Source: Lama glama
Taxonomy: Eukaryota
Length of the DNA stretch: 64,000 nt
Assembly: GCA_028534125.1 (NCBI GenBank)
Contig: CM052843.1
Coordinates: forward strand, 22,010,001-22,074,000
Reading direction: 5' to 3'
In this document: positions 49,301 to 60,340 of the stretch, piece by piece
How the letters are laid out: each line of letters opens with the position of its first letter
Numbering within the stretch: the stretch's first letter is position 1
Position numbers and translations under genes: made by a program
Notes under the pieces: model-generated
Seen by the model: only the letters and a program-made list of their open reading frames with translations
What the model was told of the DNA's origin: nothing
Databases searched by the model: none

Positions 49301-50806
49301 CCAGTCCACAAACCACTCTTCCAGCCCCACGGCCACTCACCCAGAGAGAGACGCGGAGGCCCCTTCGGCCCTCCCGCCCAACGTGCTGACCGGCGTGGCC
49401 GCATCAAGGGTGGCCTGGAGGAGGGGCTGTGGACCCGCCAGTCCCTGAGACACACAGGGGGTCTGGGGGCCACCTCCTTCTGATCTGGGGGGGGCGGGCG
49501 AGGTGCCCTCTGAGACACAGGATTTGAATCTAAATCCTAAATGCCCCGGCCCTGCCTTTCCAAACCCATCTTGTCTTGATAGCAGGCGCTGGAACATTAG
49601 CACGGACTCTGAGCCGCACGGAGAAGCGCCGCTGACCCCACGCACAACATGTCACAACCTGGCCGTCACAGTCCAGCCTCTGCAAGACGAGCTGATTGAT
49701 ATCAGCCCTGGGAAGGACGCGTCTCCCTGCCCGAGAGGCTGGGATGGACTCACTGGAAGCGGCCACACTCTGTAACCAGCTCTGGGCATCGCTCCTCCAG
49801 CCACAGTGGGGATGCTCTCCAAGGAGCTGGGTGCAGAAAGAAAGGGCCAGAAGAGAAGCCTCTCAGACAAAGGGCGCTGGAACCCGAGCCCCCAGCCTCC
49901 GCCATCCTCCATCACACCCAAAGTTTGCCTCTAAAGCTGAATGGTTGAGGGGGGGGAGGAGGGAAAGTAACCCCTGGCCCAGGTACGTTCGTACCTCCTC
50001 CTCAGTCAGAAGGCAGCCCGTCGGAGGTCAGAGGTCGGAGGTCGGAGGTGGAAGACGTGGACTCAGGAGCCCAGCACTGAAGTCATTCTGAGTTCTAAAA
50101 ATGAGCCTCTTCTGGGTTTCAGCAGAAAACCTGTGAAGGGGTTTCGACGTACATGCATTCTGTGCGTTTCTGTCCTTCGTCGAAGAAGAAACAGCCTGGG
50201 GTCCGTGCGGTTGGCCAAGGCGGGGCTCTGGGGACCCGGGAGTGTGGAGGTGGCAGCAGTGGGGGCACCCGGGACGCCCTGTGGGAACCCCATGGGGGAG
50301 GGGCCCGGGCGGGCAGTGCTGTGCCCTGCCGGTGGCGTCCCCGACCCGAGTGGACAGTTGGCCATCGTTCTTGAAAAACCATCTTGCTTGTTGCTGGGGA
50401 CAGGGCTTGGGTGGCGAGGCCAGTGTGGGCCTGAGCCCTGCACCCTGAGCGCCACCAGCTCGGGGACGTCAGCTTCAGCACCTCTTTCCAGAAGCTGCCC
50501 CCGCGTCGGGCGGGGCGAGAGGCATCACTGGGACGCGTGTCCCGTGCTCATGTCTCCTACAGCTCCGCCCTCCCCCCCAAGAACAGCCTCAGAAGCACCT
50601 GGGCCTCACTGACGGTTGTCCCTCCCCCAGAACAAGAGCGCCGTCCAAAGTCACTGATCCCGAGCACCTGAGACGCTGTGCGTCTTCCCAGTATGCTGGT
50701 GACTGACAGTGCAACAGAGGGCCACACAGAGGGCCCGGACGGGGAGGAGGTCAAGGTCGGCCCAGATCTGGTTCTGAAAGCCGCCCTCCCCTGCCTGGAC
50801 TCGGGC

Positions 50807-51306
50807 NNNNNNNNNNNNNNNNNNNNNNNNNNNNNNNNNNNNNNNNNNNNNNNNNNNNNNNNNNNNNNNNNNNNNNNNNNNNNNNNNNNNNNNNNNNNNN
50901 NNNNNNNNNNNNNNNNNNNNNNNNNNNNNNNNNNNNNNNNNNNNNNNNNNNNNNNNNNNNNNNNNNNNNNNNNNNNNNNNNNNNNNNNNNNNNNNNNNNN
51001 NNNNNNNNNNNNNNNNNNNNNNNNNNNNNNNNNNNNNNNNNNNNNNNNNNNNNNNNNNNNNNNNNNNNNNNNNNNNNNNNNNNNNNNNNNNNNNNNNNNN
51101 NNNNNNNNNNNNNNNNNNNNNNNNNNNNNNNNNNNNNNNNNNNNNNNNNNNNNNNNNNNNNNNNNNNNNNNNNNNNNNNNNNNNNNNNNNNNNNNNNNNN
51201 NNNNNNNNNNNNNNNNNNNNNNNNNNNNNNNNNNNNNNNNNNNNNNNNNNNNNNNNNNNNNNNNNNNNNNNNNNNNNNNNNNNNNNNNNNNNNNNNNNNN
51301 NNNNNN
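50807..51306. other. Assembly gap (500 N)
   Basis: N run. Confidence 1.
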
Positions 51307-51610
51307 CAGAATGCTAGGGGTTCTAAATGTAATATTTTTAAATAAAAAAAAGAACTTTAATTTTACGTGGGATATTCCGTTTCTGAAATCACGCAGCTAA
51401 GTAAGAGCGGCGCTCCAGGAGACGGCAGGGAAACGCGGACAGGCCCCCTCCACCTCACCAAAGCCAGCAGGCACAATCACTCAGCCTCCCCTGGGCTGCC
51501 TCCCAGCCCCAGGCGGAGAGAGCGTTTCCTCCAGCAGGACGGCAGGACGGCGGCTCACACGGAGCCAGGAGGTCATGCAGCAGGTGCCACATCCCCTGAA
51601 TTTAAGAGGC

Positions 51611-51710
51611 GGGGGGGGGGGGGTAGCTCAGCGGTAGAGCACATGCCTAGTATGGACGAGGTCCTGGGTTCAAGCCCCGGTCCCTCCACTTTAAAACATT
51701 TAAAAAGAAA
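51611..51710 (+). mobile_element. Camelid tRNA-derived SINE (Vic-1-like)
   Basis: G-run then TAGCTCAGCGGTAGAGCACATGCCTAGTATGGACGAGGTCCTGGGTTCAAGCCCC and an A-rich tail. Possible TSD taagaggc (51603-51610) / taaaaggc (51711-51718). Confidence 0.85.
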
Positions 51711-51769
51711 TAAAAGGCCTGGGATTGCCCACACTGAGTGCGGGACGGCTTCTGCTCAGCAGTTCTAAG

Positions 51770-52790
51770 AGGAGAAAATGGGAAGAGAAAAAATATTTGA
51801 AGAAGTATCTGAAATTTTTCCAAATTTGATGAAAACTATAAACATACAGGTTCAAGAAGCACCACAAAACCTAAGTAATAAAAACAAAGAAACCAAACCA
51901 AGGACGCTGTCGGCAAGGCGCTCAGAATCAGCGATAACGGGGAAATCTTCAAAGCACCCAGAAAGGGGAAAAGGCGTACTGAGCAGAGGACCAAGGAGAA
52001 GCCTGGAAGCAGGACCCCGACAACGCGAGCCTGCGGCAGAGGAGCAGCATGTCTAAAACAGCGACACGGACGAAAACCGGTCAGCGGAGAACTCTTTTCA
52101 GGGGAGGGGAGGGCAGTCTTTCAAAAACACAGGCTAAATAATGACTTTTAAGACCTACAAGAGCTGAAAGAGCTCCTCGCCAGCCAGCCTGCGTGACGGG
52201 GAACGGTAAAGGCAGCTCCTGAGACACTGGTCCATCAAGGGGACACGCAGCCCCAGACGTTCACAGACCTCGTGAAAGATCCCCAGCACACACGGGCAGA
52301 GCCGGCAGAGCCGCGAGGCGACTTGTGAGGGAACGTTTCAGAAACTGGACTTCATCAACATTAAAAACGTTTTCTCTGCAAAACACGTTGTCAAGAGAAT
52401 AAAGGTCAAGCCTCACACGGCGTGTGCCTTCGAGTGGACGGGACGGGAAGGCCCGCAGCCCCCGTCCAGTCATGAGAAAGGCGTCTGACAAACCCAAGAA
52501 GAGGCACACGCTGCGAGGCACCCGGCCAGCCCTCCCCAGACTGTCGGCGCCGTCTGAGGACATCACAGACCCAGGGGCACAAAGGGGCAGGGGGACCTCG
52601 CGGGACGGGCGCTCTCGCCGGAGGGCCTCGGGCCAGAAGCTGAGGGACCTCAGCGAAGCCTGGATCCAGTGTCGGTGCTGTGACAGCGTGAACGGGGGCT
52701 GGGTGCAGAGCAGACAGGATTACGTCTGGCTTTTTCTGTGAATTTAAAGCTAAATTTTTCTAAAATAAAACATTTACGAAAAGAATAATT
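51770..52790 (+). mobile_element. Fragmented old L1: ORF1 remnant, short ORF2 piece, L1MC-like 3' end
   Basis: ORF 51778..52056 (EKIFEEVSEIFPNLMKTINIQVQEAPQ...KPR) resembles L1 ORF1p; aaactggacttcatcaacattaaaaac is ORF2-like; cagtcatgagaaaggcgtctgacaaacccaa is L1MC 3'-like; A-rich end near 52760-52790. Confidence 0.75.
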
Positions 52791-53021
52791 ACTTTTTAAA
52801 AACCAACGTTTGGCATGTTATTTACTTACTATCAATATCAACCACTTTGTATTTATTATTATTACTCAATATTGATTTATTATCCTCATTCTTAATTAAT
52901 AATGGTGAATTGAATAATGTTATTAAGCATTTATTTGTTCTGCTGTCAGCGGGTGATGTTCATTTTATCTGTGGTTGTATCCCTGCCTCTCACCTAGTAC
53001 CCAGTGAGCGGTACCTTCTCA

Positions 53022-53110
53022 AGGAAAAGGAGGGAGGGAGGAAAGGAGACGGGATGGGGGAGGGAGGGAGAGGGAGGGGAGGGAGGAGAGGGGGAGGGAG
53101 GGGGAGGGCA
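53022..53110. repeat. Polypurine (GGA/GGGA)-rich tract
   Basis: aggaaaaggagggagggaggaaaggagacgggatgggggagggaggggagaggg... Confidence 0.85.
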
Positions 53111-56100
53111 GGACCTGGGGGTGGAGCTGCGGTCTGGGGCCTGGGACAGGGACATCTCCTCCTGGTTCCGCATCTGCGGCAGCTGACGTGGGCAGAAGGA
53201 GAGGGCAGGTGAGGAGGGGAAGGAGCAGGTGTCCACACTCTCGCCGGCCTGAGTCCTCCTGGACAGGCGTCTAGAGCCCCCTGCACCGCGGGCACCAGCG
53301 CGGGGCTGCTTACATCTGCGCTCCTGAAGGTGAAGTCAAGCTGACGACGCCCAGTTCCCTGGTCACTTCAAGTGTCTGCAGCTGTGTGACCCGTGGCCCG
53401 CACACGGGACAGTGTGGGTACACAACCAGACCCTCTCAGAGAGGTCGGAGGTCCCTGTCCCTCGAGGTCAGAGTGACAAGGCTGCCCACTCGTGCGGCTC
53501 TGCCGGGCCAGACCGCCCTTCTCTGTTCAAAGGTCAGCTTGTGTCTAAACCCCCTTTTGCTTCTTCTCCCCTGAGCACACCTGAGGGCTCCCAAGTGCAA
53601 GCCTTTAGAAACGCGAGGAGGGTGAAGGTGAAGGAGCAGGCTGGCGGGGACGGAAGCAGGGCCTCGGCTGGGGCAGACTCTGCAGGAGCAACGGGAGAGG
53701 CCAGGCCTGGGGGTCAGCGGCCCGGGGCGGGGCTCTCGGCACAGACGGGAGGCCCCTCCAGTGGGAGGAGGTGACAGCGTGTGGGCCCAGAAGGATTCCG
53801 CGCCCTCGCCGCGGACAGAGGAAGAGGCTGTCAGCACCTGAGAGCCGCCTGGAGACGCTGGGCGCTGGAACCCCCGCGGCCTCAGGCCCGTCTGCGCGAT
53901 GCCCCCGGCCCGCACTGCTGCGCAGTTAAGTGCCACCCCTCCTCATCCACGAGGAAGGAAAGCAGCAGGTCTGAGAACCCGGAAGGGAGGGAGAGATTCC
54001 TGACGAGAGAAGAGGAGATGCCGTAACTCCAGGATTCAGTGCTCAGTTGTGTATCATTTTGCATCCCGTTTCCCTAGAATTTGTAATAAACATGACTTTG
54101 AGATGTAAGGTTTTTGGGGGCGAGGGTCACGAGTACACAGTTGCCATCGCAGCGTCGGAAGACGGGTGTCGCCAAAGAGGAGCTTCCTGGAAAAGTTTTC
54201 GTTTATAAAAATGCAGAGCCGTTACAGGGGTATATTTTGATGCAATGATTTCATGGCCAAGAGTCCACTCTGAGTCAGTAAAGAAAACAGAGGTGTGAAT
54301 GCATCGCTTGTTTAAGTGAAAAATATCAGAAACAGAGAGGGTTTGCAGAACGACGAGTAAACCGCACACCTGCGACATGGCGGACACGGAGCAGCGTCCA
54401 GACCCCAGCCCGGAGCTGACGCCGCCCAGCGCTCGGGCTGCACCCCTCGTGTGCGTCCACACCAGGCGCCTCCACAGCCACCGCCCCCGCATGGGGGCAC
54501 AGGACGTGGGGCGCACACTCTGCCTCCCCGCCACCCACCCCGCCCACGAACGGTGTCCAGGATGCGGGACACTTGGCCAGGGTCGCGCAGGAAGCACACA
54601 CTCGTTCACGCTCGTCCCGCAGGCAGACGTGAGACAGCCACGGATGAAGCATGTGTGTGACCAGAGTAAATGGCCCAGGGGTTAACAAGGTCCGGACTCT
54701 GAAAGTCGTGACGTGAACTGGAACTCATTTTCATGCTTCGCTTCCTAAACTTGCAATAGTCTGTGTCACTTTCACAATCAAAACAAGAAGCACAAAATTG
54801 GTACAAGAAGGAAAGGATGCTGACCCCTCATTTAACACTGGCTTTTGGACCCAAATCTCTTTGCATGTTAAAGAATTTTAAACCTTAAAGCAGAATTCAA
54901 ACATTGGTCGTTTCATTATTCACTGGATGCTTTGATTTCAGCGGGGCTTCTTACCCGTGCGTGTCTCGAAAGCCTTTCTGACCCTCTCGCCTTGCTGGAG
55001 GACGCTGTTTCCTGTCTTTGGATGCGTTTTAGCAGCAGGTAAGGAGGCCACAAGTTACTTCAAAACGGAGAATTTGCTGCTGGGATTCCTGTACATCTAC
55101 TTCTTTCTGATCAAAGGAGGTTTGTAGACTCACTTGTTACAGAACAGCTTTCTGGCTGGTCTTCCAAAATTCCCAAGCATTCTTCCCATTTAGTAATTTG
55201 GCTCCAACCCTCAGCTCTTTAAGAAGCTGTTTGTTCCTGCAAACACATTTTGGAACGTGCAAACAGTCCGGATGATAAAATTTTGCTGATAACTTGAGTC
55301 ACTAAAAGAAAAGACTTTTATAATCATCACGTAATCAATTCTCCATCAAATGCTTCCTGGGGCAGCCTTCGCACCTGAGCTGGCTGTGCCCCGGCCCTCA
55401 GCAAGGCCGCCTCCGGCCCCTCCCCCGGCTCCCACTCTGGTGGGGAGCGCGTCCACGGCGTCTCCTGGAACCTGGTGGCCTTGCCGAGAGCTCCCACGGG
55501 ACCACTCTGGGACAGGCGGCAACCACGTCCCTCCCAGCACCAGCCTGCTGCAGAGCCAACGGCGCTGGGGAAGGATGCCAGAGGCGAGCTGCTCCCTCCT
55601 CGGACAGCAAGGGTCACTCCAGCTGCACCAGTGTAGACACCTGTCCCCTCCCTCGCCCTGATCCCCCCATGAACTCAAAGTAAACATTTTCCGACCCCAT
55701 CCAGCGCCGTCTGAGAGGCGGCGAGCGGACAGGCACACGCAGGCCCACGTGCACACGAGCACGCACACACACGCAGACTCACGCCTCCTGGCGCCGCACG
55801 TGCCGAGTCGCAGGGCTGGACTCGGGCTCCCTTTACTTTGCTGAGTTCAGACTATGGAGCCGGGAGAAGGTCTGAGCCAGAGCAAACTGAGTGACTGTGC
55901 AGCGTGCTGCGAGGTGCAGGGCGGGCACATATGATGCTGCGTAACTAAGCCCGTGACAAGCAGCACAGGGGACTGGCCTGCAGATGCTGACAGAAACAGA
56001 TCTGCTTGCCTTTGAAGGTTTTCCTTAAAAGAAATATTTGGATTCCCGTATCTGAGCAGGAGGGAGGACACCTGCCATCCGTGACACGGGAGCAGATAAC

Positions 56101-59100
56101 ACCTGTCAGCCGAGGGCAGGCCACCTGCTGCCTGGCTCCGGGGTCCCGCCTGCAGCCCCCCGCCTCCCCCTCAGGCTACGGGGGGAGGGAAGGGGGAGAG
56201 AGCCCTTCTCTTCAGGTGGAGCAATCGTCACAAGATGGGCCTCCCCAGGGACAAAGAAAGTTGTCCCCCACACCTCAGGCCCCACAGTTTGGTACTTCAC
56301 AGACGTAACCGTGCACCCAGCACGCTCGCGCCCCGGATAAACACACAGCGGAAGAGCAGCGGCCCGGGTCACCGCGCCTGCCCCTCAGGATCAGCGTCCA
56401 GGCCCTGCGCCTGCAGGCGCGGGCACAAAGGACTCACTCGCGACGCGGCGGGGTCAGCTTGGCCGGGCGCCCCCGCTCCCTCCAAGGACCCCGTGCTCTT
56501 GGGGAGACCCCCTGGCTCGCAGAAACGTCCACACTGAGCAGGCCCTTCCCACATGCACCCTTTTTATATGAGTTTAAGCTTTTTAATGAATCCTGAGGTC
56601 TGAAAGAGTCAGACAGGGCTGGCGCTGGAATTGTACCCTTTGCACACATTTTTGCTGAGAAAAGCCTGAGATGAACAGGCCAGTGAGCACTCAAGTCTTC
56701 TTTTTTTTTTTTTTTGGCACTTCTGAGATGAATTTTGGATCTGCTGTTGATCACCTGAAACTAGCAAGAAATGGAGGAAGTTGAAAATGGCAGGAAATGA
56801 ACTTAGAGTCAAGACGATCGGGCGTCCCAGGGGGGACAGGAGAGGAAGGGACCGGCAGGGTTGGCTGTGGGGCGTCCTGGGGGCTGCAGCTCCCGTGGCC
56901 TCCCTCCTTGCAGGCACCCTGAGAAGCAGCCACCGCCCCCTACTAACACTTGGAAGAGGACCGTCTCAAGGCGCCCCGGCTATCGCAAGGGTATCGCCAA
57001 CATGCAAGCACTTTCTAAACGTGGCAGCGGACGCAGCAGCACACGAGCCCACGACGGAAGAAAAGCAGCTGAAGCGCAAGAGCAGAGCCTCTGTGCGGAG
57101 CCTTTGTGTAAACGTGCCCACGTCAGGCTGTTTACAGAGCAAGGGTTTTGCTTTCTGAATCACACATGTGGCGGACACCCCAGCTCTGACGGAGGGAGAA
57201 TGAGGGACGGCCAACCCCACCGTGAACACCCGTGTTGACGCGTGGCCCCAGGCCACCCGCCCGACGGGGGCGCCCCAGGGGTCACGACCCCACTGAGGCA
57301 GATGGACCACCTCCCCGGAGTCGGAGGGAAGCAGAGGGGTCGGGATACAAGTGAAACTCAGTGGCTTTGTGACTCCCCCTTGTCCTCAGGGCCTCACCTC
57401 CCTCACACACCCCCGCAGGTGCACACACCTGCCCATCCAGCCCCCGCGCTCCCGTCACAGGGTGCGTGCAGGGGCCAGGGCAGGCCTGGAGGCGCAGCAC
57501 CTGACCCCACCTCCCTCTTCTCACATCCCTGCAGAAGAGGTGCCCAGGCCCCCAGGCGCCTGGCCACGACCCGCCCAGCCTGCCCCTCCGCCCCACCGGG
57601 TCATCTCAGCCCCCCGCCCGGGAAACAGCCCCTCACAGTGAAATCTGGAGGGCTCGAGGAGCCTCCCCACGCACCGGGTGTTCTCCCCCGCGCCAGGCCT
57701 GCATTTTTCTCACTGCATCTGCAAGTCGATCCCACTGTAATGTCCGTCTTAGAAAGGACGGGGACGCGGTCAGTGTGACGTAACTTGCACAAAACCAGAC
57801 GGGTTCCTTCCTGGCACTCAGCTCCAGGCTCGAACTGCCAGGGAGCTTCTCTGTCTAAGAGCAAACCTCAGCTTCCAGAGCTGGAAGCAGCCTCGGCGGT
57901 CCTCGGGTCCACAGCCCAACCCCGGGCGGCCCCCACCTTCCTCTCCCCAGACACCCGTCCCTCCCCCTCCGGACTTGCCCCGCATCACCGCAGTCCTCTG
58001 CCCCAGGCACCTCGAGTGCGTCCGGAAACTCACAACTCCCCCGACCCCTCACCTCGGACGCGCTTCTACTGGACCCCAGCCCCGTGGACTGCCGGCACCT
58101 ACCTCCTCTCTCGAGCCTGCGCCCGGGTCACCTCGTCGCAGGACACCTCTGCTGACACACCGACCCGCGGCCCCTCCACTTCCTTCCTCCCCGCGGTTTC
58201 TGCCCCTTTGCACCACGTGCTCTTGTCAGTGCCCAGCACCTGCCATGTCGGTCTCCGCCAGGTGTCCTGGCTCCACGCTGACCCGGGAGCCACCGCTGTG
58301 AGACTGAACTGTGCCCACAGTGCCCAGAACCTTCGGGAAAAGTCCACGGTCCTCGACACACCACCCACGTGTCCCCTCACCTGCCGTCCTGCCCTGGGAC
58401 CTGCCTCCCTGCCCCACTGCTCATTGGCCTCGTGACCTGGACCTGTTCCTTCAGGGACCACTGGGCATTCTCCCCCTTGTCCACACCGCCCATCGCAGCC
58501 CTCCTTCCCGGACGGACCCCAGCTGTGAGCCAGGCGCCACACGGAGAGCTGATGTCCAGGGCTGTCCTCCCCGAGCTTGGGGCCAGAGGGGAGGAGAGGA
58601 CAGGACAGACAGGGCCAGGGACAGACGGTCAGTGAGCCCACCCTCACTTCTAGTGGCCCGGGGGCTGGGGGCGAGGGTGGGCGGGAGAAAGGGGAACTCG
58701 AGCCCGTCTCTCCTCCGCCTTGAGTGCATCTCACGCCACAAATCAAGCGAAGGCACACGTGGCATCTGAGAACTTCCAGCAGGTAGTCCTTCCTGAACTC
58801 CGGTGCCACAGCGGACCGCCACACGGGCAGTGACTCAGAATTAAATCATGTGGAAATTTAATTTTCCAAATCCGTGTCTTTTTAAAAAAGCTTCATTTCA
58901 GTTTGCACGACACACTTCTGACTGTCCTTCCGGGGAGCACGCGGCTTGCGCTTTCAGGCGTTTTGCTTTTGTCTGGTATAAGGACCGCCACATCGCCGGC
59001 CGCAGCTGCCCACACTGCTCGGGAGGCCGGACAGGCCTGACGGCGTCTGGAGGAGCGCGGCCCGTCTCCCTCCACTTCCTGCGATTCTTCTTGGGCTTCA

Positions 59101-60214
59101 GGAAGGTCAGTGCCATGACCCTCTGGTCTCTGGGGACGTCACTGGTCTTTGCAAGTGGACTTTAGGCCAGCCCTTGGCAGGACCTGGCTGTAATCTCCCT
59201 CCGCTGACGGAGCTGAGCAGCTCGTGCAGACCACACCTGCATGGAGCACACCGTCCCGGGAAAGGTGACCAGCGGGCCCTCACCCCCGCCCAGGAGGAGG
59301 AAGCGGCCCGGAAGTCACCGGGCGGGCTGCGTCCGCCCTGGGAGGGGCCTCGTGCCAGCAGTGCGAGGACTCTGAAAACCGCTCCCGGCTTTTCTTCTGG
59401 CGGGATGGGGAGCGGGGGTTGGTTTTTGTTTTGCTTTGCTTCAAGGATTTCAAGCTTCAAAACAGCACAGCCTCTGGGACAGACAGGTGGGCCGTGTGCG
59501 TGCGCGTGCCCCCGGCTTCCCGCGGACGTCCTCCCTGACATCATCGGGAAGGGATCCCTTTGGAAACCAGGACCCAAAGGAAGTGCGATCGCGAGGCCGC
59601 TAAGCTGGGCCCGCCCCCACGAGGAAGTAAGTCGCGGGCTCTGTCCAGACGGGAGTTCGGAACCATTTCCACGTGGAGTGTCCACGCTGCCTGCCCACCA
59701 GCCGCACTGCGCCAGGGCTGGACGTGCATGGCGAGGGGAGGACAGGCCCCAGAGAGCCCCCGGGTCCTTTCCGAGGGACCTGGAGTCCTACACCCTCCCT
59801 GAGCCCAAACCCGCCCTGCTGCATGGGGATCCGTCCCAGGAGTTATTCACCGCAGGACCCCAGGGGTGTGACAGTCCCGGATGGGCCCCCTCCCAAAGGA
59901 AGGTGGGGACCTCGGGGCCCAGGACGGGGGTCGGGGTGTTGAGGGGAGCCCCTTCCTGGAAGGACACGGACCCGGAGGCCACTCCCGGGTCCTCTTAAAT
60001 GGCGGTGACACGTGTGGAGGAGGGCGGCCAGGGCCGCCCCCGCGCGAGAGGGCTCACGGCTCTGCGCATCCCGTCAGCCTCCTCCCGAGGAGCCCGGGAT
60101 GGGGCGCCCCTGCAACTCCACCTCCGGACCCGGAGCGCTGGGCCAGCCCTCCCCGCAGGTCTGCGGGCCACGTCCCGGGCTCCCGGCCTGTGCTTCGCTG
60201 TGAATCTGGTTTTT

Positions 60215-60340
60215 AATCCATAATATAAGATTAAAGTTACCTGCGCTACGGAATTACTGTAAGGATTAAATGAATAATCCATATGGAAGTATTCTATGAA
60301 ACAAAAATCGTATTTTGTAAACAGTGTCATCATTACCATG
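60215..60340. mobile_element. MIR remnant
   Basis: ttactgtaaggattaaatgaataatccatatggaagt resembles the MIR core gttgtgaggattaaatgagataat. Confidence 0.6.

Noticed and set aside
51778-52056. 92-aa ORF as a domesticated L1 ORF1 gene
   Set aside because: Similarity to ORF1p decays after about 45 aa and there is no promoter or splice evidence; treated as a TE remnant.
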